Of a stretch of DNA of 28,812 bases, positions 1 through 8,612 are shown in pieces. Every line of letters starts with the position of its first letter. Position 1 is the stretch's first letter. The notes below the pieces were generated by a model. The model was not told where the DNA came from. It ran no database searches and worked only from the letters and a program-made list of their open reading frames with translations. The DNA is from Planctomycetota bacterium (lineage in GTDB: Bacteria; Planctomycetota; SZUA-567): contig JAVBRW010000421.1 in assembly GCA_031547475.1 (NCBI GenBank), forward strand, positions 1 to 28,812. Reading direction: 5' to 3'. A program made the position numbers and the translations under genes.

Positions 1-156
1 TAGTATCCGATTCCTGTTCGTCCCGTCCGAGTTTTGCCGCCGGCTTCCTTCACACACCGCGTTACCGCGACGCATTGGCCTTGGGCTAGCGATTCCGTTT
101 CACCACGGCTCGCAGAGGACTCTAACCTCATTAGACGTACGTCGTGCCCGGCGTAC
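1..156 (-). mobile_element. 5' end (domain I) of a probable class C group II intron, running off the left edge of the window
   Basis: The minus strand from 156 reads GTACGCCGGGCACG...GAGGTTAGAGTCCT...GCGTCGCGGTAACGCGGTGTGTGAAGGAAGCCGGCGGCAAAACTCGG...GAACAGGAA. This parallels, in order, the IIC domain I landmarks as I recall them from B. halodurans/O. iheyensis introns: GUGCGCCCGGCA start, GUGAAAGUCC, GNRA-capped Ic stem, UGAAGGAAGC and GGCAAA. The site also lies 7 nt downstream of a stem-loop, as expected for IIC. The RT ORF and domains V-VI are not in the window. Confidence 0.8.
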
Positions 157-163
157 AATAGGA

Positions 164-182
164 GGGTCATTGTCAACGACCC
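164..182 (-). terminator. Stem-loop immediately upstream of the intron insertion site (IIC-type target hairpin)
   Basis: Minus strand GGGTCGTT-GAC-AATGACCC forms an 8-bp stem with one G-U pair, followed by TCCTATT and then the intron 5' end. Confidence 0.6.
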
Positions 183-268
183 GAGAGAGAAAACAAGGTG
201 GGTATCGCCGGACGTTTACGAGAACCACTATGTTTTGGGTATACACCCGAAACCGGCAGCAACATTTA

Positions 269-328
269 GGAATTCGGGGACACGTAACGCAATTGAACCG
301 CCAATTGCGCAACATGTCCCCGAATTCC
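269..328. repeat. 60-bp imperfect palindrome (REP-like element)
   Basis: Arms 269-295 (GGAATTCGGGGACACGTAACGCAATTG) and 302-328 (CAATTGCGCAACATGTCCCCGAATTCC) are complementary at 24 of 27 positions around a 6-nt loop. Confidence 0.85.
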
Positions 329-416
329 CGAATACGATTGACAATGAATTATAGGCGGCTATCAATAGCATCACGGCCGGCGCGGCCATCGACAAACAAC
401 CCGGAGGGCTCAGACA

Positions 417-1526
417 ATGGAATATTACGAACATCCGTTGAAAGTCGGAGGCGAACGGGTGTGGCGCACGTGGCGCGGCGGCAGAACGCTGGACATCATT
501 CACGGCGTCTCCGATCCGAAAGACGGGCCTTTTCCCGAGGAATGGATGATTTCCACCACCCGCGCGGTCAACGCCGGGCGGGAGAATATCGAGGAAGGAC
601 TGTGCCGGCTGGCGGACGATCCGGCCCGCCCCACCCTCAAGGAAATCATCGGCGCGCATCCCGAAAAAATGCTCGGCCCCGCCCATGTCGCCGCACACGG
701 AACCGCGATGGGATTTCTGGTCAAGCTCCTGGACTCGCAGTCCCGGCTCCAGATTCAGGCCCATCCGGACAAGGAAACGGCCAGGCGCCTGTTCGACTCG
801 CCGTACGGCAAGACGGAATGCTGGCACATTCTCGCCCTCCGGGACGACGGCGACGAGCCGCCCGCCCTGTTCCTCGGCTTCCGCGAGGGCGCGGACAGGA
901 AAAAGCTGGAAGACCTTTTCCACCGCCAGGACAGCGCCGGCATGTTGGCCATGATGAACCGCATCTCGCCGAAAGCGGGCGAAACATACATTGTCCCCGG
1001 CGGCACGCCGCACGCCATCGGCCCCGGTTGTTTCATTGTCGAAATCCAGGAGCCGACCGATCTGACCATCCGGCTCGAGCGCACCAGCCCCAACGGCCCC
1101 GATCTGCCCGATCGCTCCATCCACAACGGCCTCGGATTCGATCGCATGTTCGAATGCTTCCGGTACGTCGGCGTTCCGGCCGACGAGGCGGCGGGCAAAT
1201 GGCTGATCCCGCCACGGATAATCAAAAAGACCGACTCCCACCTGATCGAATGCCTGGTCGGTTACGATGCGACGGATTTTTTCCGCATGGACAGACTGAC
1301 CATCGGCGGCGCCTTGTCCGCATCGGGAAAAGGCGGTTTTCATGGTATGTGTGTACTCGAAGGCAAGGGAAGAATGGAATACGACGGGATCCGCCTGCCG
1401 ATAGGGCAGTGGGATCAATTTTTCATTCCCTTCTCCTGCCGCGAATTCAGCATTGCCAATGACGGAACCGGCCCTTTGCGCATCATGCGTTTCATGGGAC
1501 CGAAGACGTCGCAAAGCTTTCAGTGA
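417..1526 (+). CDS. manA: Class I mannose-6-phosphate isomerase-like cupin protein
   Basis: 369 aa with PEEW, FLVKLLD, Zn-ligand motifs QAHP / KTECW / PHAIG and EIQEPTD; GGAGG RBS at 403-407. The sugar-phosphate substrate is not proven. Confidence 0.8.
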   Translation: MEYYEHPLKVGGERVWRTWRGGRTLDIIHGVSDPKDGPFPEEWMISTTRAVNAGRENIEEGLCRLADDPARPTLKEIIGAHPEKMLGPAHVAAHGTAMGFLVKLLDSQSRLQIQAHPDKETARRLFDSPYGKTECWHILALRDDGDEPPALFLGFREGADRKKLEDLFHRQDSAGMLAMMNRISPKAGETYIVPGGTPHAIGPGCFIVEIQEPTDLTIRLERTSPNGPDLPDRSIHNGLGFDRMFECFRYVGVPADEAAGKWLIPPRIIKKTDSHLIECLVGYDATDFFRMDRLTIGGALSASGKGGFHGMCVLEGKGRMEYDGIRLPIGQWDQFFIPFSCREFSIANDGTGPLRIMRFMGPKTSQSFQ

Positions 1527-1596
1527 TTCCTTTCGAATAAATGAGCTACCCGATGTAACCAAGACGGCGGGATCAACGTAAATCCGTTATTTTACC

Positions 1597-1626
1597 TTGT
1601 CGCCAACCGAATTTGTATGGTATAAT
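1597..1626 (+). promoter_or_regulatory. Sigma70-type promoter of the MCP gene
   Basis: TTGTCG(1597-1602)-N18-TATAAT(1621-1626) with an extended -10 TG. It makes the GTG at 1632 an unlikely start. Confidence 0.6.
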
Positions 1627-1664
1627 TCCAGGTGGGATGCATGGATACATGGGAAATGGGAAAA

Positions 1665-4370
1665 ATGAAACAATCGCGGAACCATACCCGAAAATTCGAT
1701 AGGCTGGAAGGGCATTACAGTCTGTCCATGCAGACAAAGCTCATCGGCATCTTTCTTTTGGCGAAAGTCATCCCCCTGGTCCTGCTCGCCATCCTCGCCT
1801 GGCACCAGTTTCTCCTGCTGGGCGAAACGCTGCGGGAAATCGCCATCAGCGATTCCACCGCCTCCCTCAACGCCAGCGCGGTCAAAAATATCGAACGCAT
1901 GACGACCGACACCGCCCTGCGCGTCGCAGACTTCCTCTACGCCCGCGACGACGACATTCTCTATCTCGCCAAACTGGAACCGACCGAGGAGAATTACGCC
2001 GCGTTCGCGACCAATTCCAGAAAAAGACTGACCAGACAGGGACGCTGGGAATTGGCCCCCGACGGCGGCTCGTGGATAGACGCCGAGAAACCGCCGGCAG
2101 GCAAGCTTGCCGTCTCCACCAATGTCGAAAACAACGATATGGACGGCTTCCATTCCGTCCCCGCCAGTTCGTTCGAATATTCCAATATCCCCATCTACGA
2201 CGAAATCACCTTCGTCGGCCTCGACGGCAAGGAATCGATCAAAATTGTCCCGCCCGATTCGCCCAAGCGGCATTTCCGCCCCGATCCGGCCAAAAAGGAC
2301 GTGTCCAAGCGGGAAAACACCTACGTCAAGGCGGAAAACTATTTCCCCGCGCTGAAAAACCTGCGCCCGGGGCAAATATATGTTTCCGACGTCATCGGCG
2401 CCTATGTCGGTTCCAATTTCATCGGCATGTACACGCCCGCCAAGGTGGCGAAAGCGGCGGCCGATCGCGGCTACCCCATCGAGTACAAGCCGGAGGAACA
2501 GGCGTTCGCCGGCATGGAAAACCCCAACGGCCGCCGCTTCGAAGGCATTGTCCGCTGGGCCACGCCGGTCGCGGACGAAAACGGCAAAATCATCGGCTAT
2601 GTCACGCTGGCGCTGAACCACGATCACATCATGGAGTTCGTCGACCATATCACGCCGATGGACGAACGCTATACCGAACTCTCGTCCGCCTACGAAGGCA
2701 ATTACGCGTTCATCTGGGACTACAAGTGCCGAAGCATCGCCCACCCGCGCCACCATTCCATCGTCGGCTTCGATCCGGAAACGGGCGATCCGCAGGTGCC
2801 GTGGCTCGAAGCGTCCCTATACGCCGGCTGGCAGAAAAGCGGCATGAAGAAATGGACCGACTACGTCAAGGACTACCCGATATTCAACGAGCAGTCGCGC
2901 ACCAAGAAACCGGCCGCCGAACTGACCAAGGCCGGACTGGTCGGGCTCGACGGCCGCTATCTCAACAACGCGCCGCAGTGCACGGGCTGGATGGATCTGA
3001 CCGGCGCCGGCGGCTCCGGCTCGTTCTACATCCTCTGGAGCGGGCTGTACAAGCTGAACACCGCCGCCGCCATCCCCTACTACACCGGGCAATACGCGCC
3101 GTCGGCGGGCAACGGCAATTCGCGGCGCGGCTTCGGCTTCGTCGCCATCGGTTCCGGGCTCGACTATTTCACCAAGCCGGCCAAGGAAATGGAAGTCAGG
3201 CTGGTCCACTCCATCAACGAAAACCTGAAGAACACGCTGGCCCGGCTCACAGTCACCACCGGCGTCCTCACCATCATCGTCATCCTGATCGCCATCTGGA
3301 TGGCGTGGCATATCAGCCGCCCGATCAAGAACATGGCCGAACACATGTCGCGACTGGCCATCGGCGACATCGCGTCCAACGACGTTCCGGAGGCGGCGCG
3401 GAAACGCCACGACGAAATCGGGCTGCTGGCGCGCTCGCTCCAGGATCTCACCCTGTCGCGCCGGGAGGAGCTGGACATGGCCAACGCCATCGCTTCCGGC
3501 GATTATACCCGCTCCATTCCCCTCAGATCGGAACTCGACATGCTGGGGAAAGCGCTGAACGCCATGATCCGGATAAACAAGAACGCGCTCTCGCAGGTGA
3601 ATCAGGCGGTGACGGAAGTCGGCTACGGCGCCACCTCGGTGTCGGAAGTGTCGGTGTCGGTGTCGCAGGGCGTGGAAACGTCCGAAAGCGTGCTGGGCAT
3701 GATTTCGCAAACCGTCGAAACGGTCGACAAGCAGGCGCAGGAAAACGCCGTCCACGCCCAGGACGCCACCAGGCTGGCCGTCGACAGCCAGGGCGCCGCC
3801 TCCCGCGGCTACCAGGCTGTGAGCGAACTCGCCTGCGCCATGGAGGAAATCCGCCAAGCCGGCAAGAAAATCGCCACCGTCGCCAAGCTGATCGACGATA
3901 TCGCGTTCCAAACCAACCTGCTGGCGCTGAACGCGTCGGTGGAGGCGGCGCGGGCGGGCAGGCACGGCAAAGGCTTTTCCGTCGTGGCGGACGAGGTGAG
4001 AAGCCTGTCCTCGCGGTCGGCCAAGGCGGCCCACGAGACGGAGGAAATGGTCGCCGCCATGCTGGAACTGATGGAAAAGGGAACGGCGCTGGCCGGGCAT
4101 TCGGACCGCGAATTCCAGGAAATCGTCGAAACCACCACCTATGCCGCCCAACTGTTCAAAAGCATCACCGACGCGTCTAACGCGCAGTCGTCCGCCATGT
4201 CCCAGATTGTCCACAGCCTCGGCCGCATCGACGCCGTCACCCAGGAAAATTCGCGGAACGCCAAGCAGATGGCGTCTTCGGCGGGAACGCTTTCCCGCCA
4301 GGCGGAAGAATTGCAGCAAATGTTGTCGCGCTTCCGCCTGTATTCGGCCTCGGATGATGACTCCGAATAA
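1665..4370 (+). CDS. Methyl-accepting chemotaxis protein with a very large extracytoplasmic sensor domain
   Basis: TM1 ([21 protein letters not shown]), ~480-aa periplasmic region, TM2, HAMP ([17 protein letters not shown]...[10 protein letters not shown]), a second HAMP-like segment, and the canonical signalling hairpin [34 protein letters not shown]. Start uncertain (1641/1656/1665). Confidence 0.92.
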   Translation: MKQSRNHTRKFDRLEGHYSLSMQTKLIGIFLLAKVIPLVLLAILAWHQFLLLGETLREIAISDSTASLNASAVKNIERMTTDTALRVADFLYARDDDILYLAKLEPTEENYAAFATNSRKRLTRQGRWELAPDGGSWIDAEKPPAGKLAVSTNVENNDMDGFHSVPASSFEYSNIPIYDEITFVGLDGKESIKIVPPDSPKRHFRPDPAKKDVSKRENTYVKAENYFPALKNLRPGQIYVSDVIGAYVGSNFIGMYTPAKVAKAAADRGYPIEYKPEEQAFAGMENPNGRRFEGIVRWATPVADENGKIIGYVTLALNHDHIMEFVDHITPMDERYTELSSAYEGNYAFIWDYKCRSIAHPRHHSIVGFDPETGDPQVPWLEASLYAGWQKSGMKKWTDYVKDYPIFNEQSRTKKPAAELTKAGLVGLDGRYLNNAPQCTGWMDLTGAGGSGSFYILWSGLYKLNTAAAIPYYTGQYAPSAGNGNSRRGFGFVAIGSGLDYFTKPAKEMEVRLVHSINENLKNTLARLTVTTGVLTIIVILIAIWMAWHISRPIKNMAEHMSRLAIGDIASNDVPEAARKRHDEIGLLARSLQDLTLSRREELDMANAIASGDYTRSIPLRSELDMLGKALNAMIRINKNALSQVNQAVTEVGYGATSVSEVSVSVSQGVETSESVLGMISQTVETVDKQAQENAVHAQDATRLAVDSQGAASRGYQAVSELACAMEEIRQAGKKIATVAKLIDDIAFQTNLLALNASVEAARAGRHGKGFSVVADEVRSLSSRSAKAAHETEEMVAAMLELMEKGTALAGHSDREFQEIVETTTYAAQLFKSITDASNAQSSAMSQIVHSLGRIDAVTQENSRNAKQMASSAGTLSRQAEELQQMLSRFRLYSASDDDSE

Positions 4371-4521
4371 ATCAATGTAACCATGCGCGATAATGGAAAA
4401 TCCGCCCTGTCCGCTTTTTCCAAGATGTTTCGTTTCAGCGGATCACCTTTTTTCGATCCTGCGGAATCGTCCATGACGTTCAGGATTAATCATAAAAAAC
4501 GATGCGTGTTGCAAAAAAAGT

Positions 4522-4559
4522 TGGCAAAATTTTGCCATAGCTGGTACTTTCGATACAAT
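4522..4559 (+). promoter_or_regulatory. Promoter of the diguanylate cyclase with an overlapping perfect palindrome
   Basis: TTGCCA(4532-4537)-N16-TACAAT(4554-4559). The palindrome TGGCAAAATTTTGCCA (4522-4537) covers the -35. Confidence 0.55.
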
Positions 4560-4653
4560 GGAATAAATGTATCCTACAGCCGCAGCCCCTCGTGGCGGGG
4601 AAATGAGCAGCAACCGCCTATGCCGGCAATATCGATTTGAGCGAGATAACCGG

Positions 4654-5832
4654 ATGAATGTCATTTCCGAAATGAATTTGCTATTGGCGCCGCTGGGTGC
4701 GCTGCTGATGGTCCTGGCCGATTATTCCCGCAATCGGGCAGCCGACCCGGTTCAGCGCGGCAGCATGCAGGTGATAGCCGGATCGGCCATTCTCGCCATC
4801 CTGGCCGAAATGGTTTCGACGACCCGCAGCGGCATGCCGGGCGTGGACATGCGAATCATGGTGGACGTTTCGTGTTTCCTGTTTTTCATTTTCCAGTTCA
4901 TCGCTTTCGCGGCCATTCCGCTTTTCATAGACTATTATGTAAACCGGGATACCGGCCGGCTCAAAAAGCTGGGCGCCATCATGCTCGTCCTTTTCTCCCT
5001 CAACATGGCGGCGCTTTTTCTCAATATCGGCCGCGGCTTCTATTATTACATAGACGGCAACAACATGTACCATAGAGGTTCGCTGCACATTATCCGCGTG
5101 CTGGCGGTCTATTCGGTGTTTGTCGTCGCCCTTGTCGACTTCGTCCTGTGCCACAGAAAAATCGGCGCGCAAAAGTTCGTCATGCTCTTTTTCTCCATCC
5201 TGCCGGCCGGCGTGTCCGGCGCGGTCGATTTGCTGGTGCCGGGCAGCCGCCTGCTGTGGCCGTTCTTCAGCATGTCGCTCCTGTTCGCCTACCTGTTCAT
5301 CGTCAAGTCCGACTACTGCCTCGACGACCTCACCGGCCTCCCGAACCGCCGCCGCTGCAACGAATACATCGCCGAACTGGAGCGGATGGGCAGGAACGTC
5401 GGCTACCTGTTTCTCATGGTGGATTTGGACAATCTGAAATGGATAAACGACAATCTCGGCCACAACGAGGGCGACAACGCGCTGAAGGACGCGGCCATGG
5501 TCCTGAGGAACGCGACGCGGCGGCATGATTTCATCGCCCGCTACGGCGGGGACGAATTCCTCGTCATCATCCGCAACTGCGACAGCGCCGAACCGTTCAC
5601 CTACCGCGCGGAGAAAATCACGGCCGAACACAACGGGCGGGGCGAGAGACCGTATATTCTTTCCCTGAGCGTCGGAGCGGGCATGTACTCGCCGGCCAGT
5701 GAAGTGAGCATTACCGAACTGCTCGAACAGGTGGATCGCCGCATGTACCAATGCAAGAACGAAAGAAGGAAATCCGGAAAAACCAACCCGTCGTTCCACG
5801 GCAAGACGGAGGTGAAAAGCACGGCGGTGTGA
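4654..5832 (+). CDS. Membrane-bound (about 7 TM) GGDEF diguanylate cyclase
   Basis: About seven hydrophobic helices, then DDLTGLPNRR, MVDLDNLKWINDNLGHNEGD and RRHDFIARYGGDEF (intact A-site, with an RxxD I-site five residues upstream). Start uncertain (4567/4603/4654). Confidence 0.92.
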   Translation: MNVISEMNLLLAPLGALLMVLADYSRNRAADPVQRGSMQVIAGSAILAILAEMVSTTRSGMPGVDMRIMVDVSCFLFFIFQFIAFAAIPLFIDYYVNRDTGRLKKLGAIMLVLFSLNMAALFLNIGRGFYYYIDGNNMYHRGSLHIIRVLAVYSVFVVALVDFVLCHRKIGAQKFVMLFFSILPAGVSGAVDLLVPGSRLLWPFFSMSLLFAYLFIVKSDYCLDDLTGLPNRRRCNEYIAELERMGRNVGYLFLMVDLDNLKWINDNLGHNEGDNALKDAAMVLRNATRRHDFIARYGGDEFLVIIRNCDSAEPFTYRAEKITAEHNGRGERPYILSLSVGAGMYSPASEVSITELLEQVDRRMYQCKNERRKSGKTNPSFHGKTEVKSTAV

Positions 5833-5838
5833 AAAACC

Positions 5839-6903
5839 TTATCCTTCCGCCGGATACCAGTGCGGCAGCGGGAACGACAACCCGCACATTTCCCCCGCCT
5901 CCGGGCCGGGCGCGCGGCGGCTTTTCTGCACGCGCACTTCCTGCGAACCGATTTTGATCTGGTAATCGATTATTTCCCCGAGGAACGATTTCCGCGTCAC
6001 CGCGCCCCGCAGACCGCCCGAGGCGGCGAAATTGATTTCCGACGGCCACGACGCGAGCGAAAGCGGCTTTCCCGACGCGGCCAGCTCGGGCGGCGGGGTC
6101 AATTCGGCGGGAAGCGGGATGTCGCCGTCCGTCGTTTTCAGACCCGCCCCGTCCATCCCGACGGTGAGGAAATTCGACAGCCCGATAAAGCTGAACACGA
6201 ACTGGTTCGCCGGCCGGTTGTAGACCCGGAGCGGCGTGTCTATCTGCTGGACGACGCCGTCCCGCATGACCAGGATGCGATCGGACAAGGCCATCGCCTC
6301 GGACTGGTCGTGGGTGACGTAGATGATGGAAAAGCCGTATTTCCGCTGCAGATCCTTTATTTCGAAACGCATTTCCTCGCGGAGATGCGGATCGAGGCTG
6401 GACAGCGGTTCGTCCAGGAGCATGACGTCCGGGTTGATCGCGAGCGCCCGCGCCAGCGCAACCCGCTGCTTGCCGCCGCCCGACAGATCGGCCGGGCTTC
6501 CGGCGGCGGCGTCGAGCAAGTTGGTGGAGGACAAGGCGTCCTTGGTCCGCTTCTCGATTTCGGACGACGACAGCCGGCGGATGCGGAGCGGGAACGCGAC
6601 GTTTTCGTAGATGGACAAATGCGGCCACACCGCGAAAGCCTGGAAAACCATGCCGAAATCGCGCTTTTCCGGCGGCAGATAATAGTTTTTCCGCTTCGAC
6701 GACAAGAGGCGCTCGCCCACGTGGATTTCGCCGACATCGAGATCCTCGAAGCCGGCGACCATGCGGAGGGTGGTCGTCTTGCCGCAGCCGGAAGGGCCGA
6801 GCATCGAGAAGCATTCGCCCCGGCCGATCTCCATGTTCAGATCGTTCACGGCGGTGACCGAGCCGAAGCGTTTGGTGACGTTTATCAATCGCACATAGGA
6901 CAT
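5839..6903 (-). CDS. ABC transporter ATP-binding subunit 2 (FbpC/PotA-like)
   Basis: Starts MSYVRLINVTKRFG after an AAGGAA RBS that overlaps the permease stop. Walker A GPSGCGKT, signature LSGGGKQ (non-canonical), Walker B VMLLDEP, H-loop YVTHD. The ORF-track extension to 7308 is off-frame shadow. Confidence 0.92.
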   Translation of the reverse strand: MSYVRLINVTKRFGSVTAVNDLNMEIGRGECFSMLGPSGCGKTTTLRMVAGFEDLDVGEIHVGERLLSSKRKNYYLPPEKRDFGMVFQAFAVWPHLSIYENVAFPLRIRRLSSSEIEKRTKDALSSTNLLDAAAGSPADLSGGGKQRVALARALAINPDVMLLDEPLSSLDPHLREEMRFEIKDLQRKYGFSIIYVTHDQSEAMALSDRILVMRDGVVQQIDTPLRVYNRPANQFVFSFIGLSNFLTVGMDGAGLKTTDGDIPLPAELTPPPELAASGKPLSLASWPSEINFAASGGLRGAVTRKSFLGEIIDYQIKIGSQEVRVQKSRRAPGPEAGEMCGLSFPLPHWYPAEG

Positions 6904-6914
6904 GGTTGGATTCC

Positions 6915-8612
6915 TTACGCCCCCGTCTTTTTCCTGGTCAGGCGGTTGATCAGCAGTTGGCCGATGACGATGAGGATAAGGGTGATGCCGGCCATCGCGG
7001 CCGACCGCACCGTTTCGCCGTCCTCGTTCAGGGTGTAAATCGCCACGCCGATGGTGCGGGTGGTCGGGGCGTAGAGCATGATGGATACGGTCAGTTCCCG
7101 CAAGGACGGCAGGAAGATGAGGAAAAAGGCGGCCAGCATGCCCGGCCTCACCAGCGGAAGCACGATATCCTTCAGCGCCTGCCACATGGTGGCACCGGAC
7201 GCCCGCGCCGCCTCGACGAGCGAATCGTGCACCTGCTCGAGGGCGGCCGAATTGGCTTTCAGGGAAAACGCCATGTAGCGGGCGATGTAGGCGACCAGGA
7301 TGATCCAAACGGTATTATAGATGTTGACGCCGTACTTGCCGCTCCACGCCAGGATGACGCCGAGGGCGATGACCGATCCCGGCACCGAGAAGGGAAGCAT
7401 GCCGAGGAATTCCAGCAGCCATTTGCCGCGCACCTTCATCTTGACGATGACGTAGGAAATCATGACGCCGGCGAACATGGTGATGACCGCCGCCGACAGC
7501 CCGAGGGTCACGCTGTTCCAGATGGCGTCCTTGGTGACCTTGTAGTCGAAGAGGACGAAGCGGTAGTTTTCGAGGGACAAATTCTCCCAGGTGAACGGCA
7601 GGCCGTAGGTGCGGAGGCCGCCGACCAGGAAGATGACAACGGTCGGGAGCACGATGGTGAAGGCGATGTAGGCGAAGCACAGAATCATGAGCGGGACGCG
7701 GAGGCCGCGCAGCTTCAGTTCCATCGGGCGGAAGCTTTTGCCGGCGATAATCTGGTAGCGGCCCTTGCCCTGGATGCGGTTCTGGAGCCAGATGATGAAG
7801 CCGGCGGTGACGACGAGAATAGACGCCAGCACCGTGCCGGTCCGGATGGAGGCGAAGTTGCCGGCGCTTTCGTGTATGCGCTGATAGATGAGGGTCGGGA
7901 TGTTGAAAATCCCGTTCTCGATGCCGAGGACCGCCACCGTGCCGAAATGCGCCATCGAATAGAGCATAATCAAAAGGGCGCCGGACAGGATGCTCGGCAG
8001 CACCAGGGGAATGGTGATTTTCCGGGTGATGGTGAACAGCCCCGCCCCCGAAATGCGGGCCGATTCCTCCAGGGTCGGGTCCATCCGCTCCAGCGCGCCG
8101 CAGACCTGGATGAAGACGAAGGGGAACAAATACATTATCTCGACCATGACGATGCCGAGGTAGCTGTAGACGTTGAACACCGGGCCGTCGAAGCCGAGGG
8201 CGTCCATGAAAAAGCGGTTGATATAGCCGGCCCGGGGCGACAGCAGCATTTTCCACGCCAAAGCGCCGATGAACGAGGGCAGCATGAACGGGATAAGGAA
8301 CATGCCTTTCATCAGGCTTTTGTAGGGAATGTCGGTCCGCGTCACCAGCCAGGCGAAAAAGGTGCCCACCGCCGTGCTGCCGATGGTGGTGCCGGTGGCG
8401 ATGATGATCGAGTTCAAAAGCGCTTCGTAGGTGTCCTGTTCGCCGAGGATTTTCCCGACGTCCCGGATGTTGAAGCTGCCGCCGGCGAAAAAGGCGTTGA
8501 GGAAAATCAGCAGCACCGGCACCGCCACCACCACCACCAGGATGCCGATGGACAGGAACAGGATAAGGTGGGCGACGCTGAGGCCGCCGTGCTTTTTTTT
8601 GTCGAGGCTCAT
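6915..8612 (-). CDS. ABC transporter permease with two fused TM domains (FbpB/AfuB-like)
   Basis: 565 aa from MSLDKKKHGG, ATGA-overlapping the upstream ATPase stop. Two EAA loops (LEESARISGA, LVEAARASGA). Confidence 0.92.
   Translation of the reverse strand: MSLDKKKHGGLSVAHLILFLSIGILVVVVAVPVLLIFLNAFFAGGSFNIRDVGKILGEQDTYEALLNSIIIATGTTIGSTAVGTFFAWLVTRTDIPYKSLMKGMFLIPFMLPSFIGALAWKMLLSPRAGYINRFFMDALGFDGPVFNVYSYLGIVMVEIMYLFPFVFIQVCGALERMDPTLEESARISGAGLFTITRKITIPLVLPSILSGALLIMLYSMAHFGTVAVLGIENGIFNIPTLIYQRIHESAGNFASIRTGTVLASILVVTAGFIIWLQNRIQGKGRYQIIAGKSFRPMELKLRGLRVPLMILCFAYIAFTIVLPTVVIFLVGGLRTYGLPFTWENLSLENYRFVLFDYKVTKDAIWNSVTLGLSAAVITMFAGVMISYVIVKMKVRGKWLLEFLGMLPFSVPGSVIALGVILAWSGKYGVNIYNTVWIILVAYIARYMAFSLKANSAALEQVHDSLVEAARASGATMWQALKDIVLPLVRPGMLAAFFLIFLPSLRELTVSIMLYAPTTRTIGVAIYTLNEDGETVRSAAMAGITLILIVIGQLLINRLTRKKTGA

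Noticed and set aside
34-354. 106-aa ORF at the left edge (and 100-315 on the minus strand)
   Set aside because: They overlap the intron RNA and the palindrome, and have no RBS or recognisable motif.
2072-4319. Long overlapping ORFs (2072-4180 +, 2817-4319 -) and similar ones such as 6906-8768, 21948-23741 and 26410-27876
   Set aside because: These are shadow ORFs of well-supported genes, with low-complexity Arg/Gly/Ala composition and no motifs.
4522-4537. Sigma54 promoter reading of TGGCA...TTGC (also 27947-27962)
   Set aside because: The GG-to-GC spacing is 9 nt rather than the required 10.
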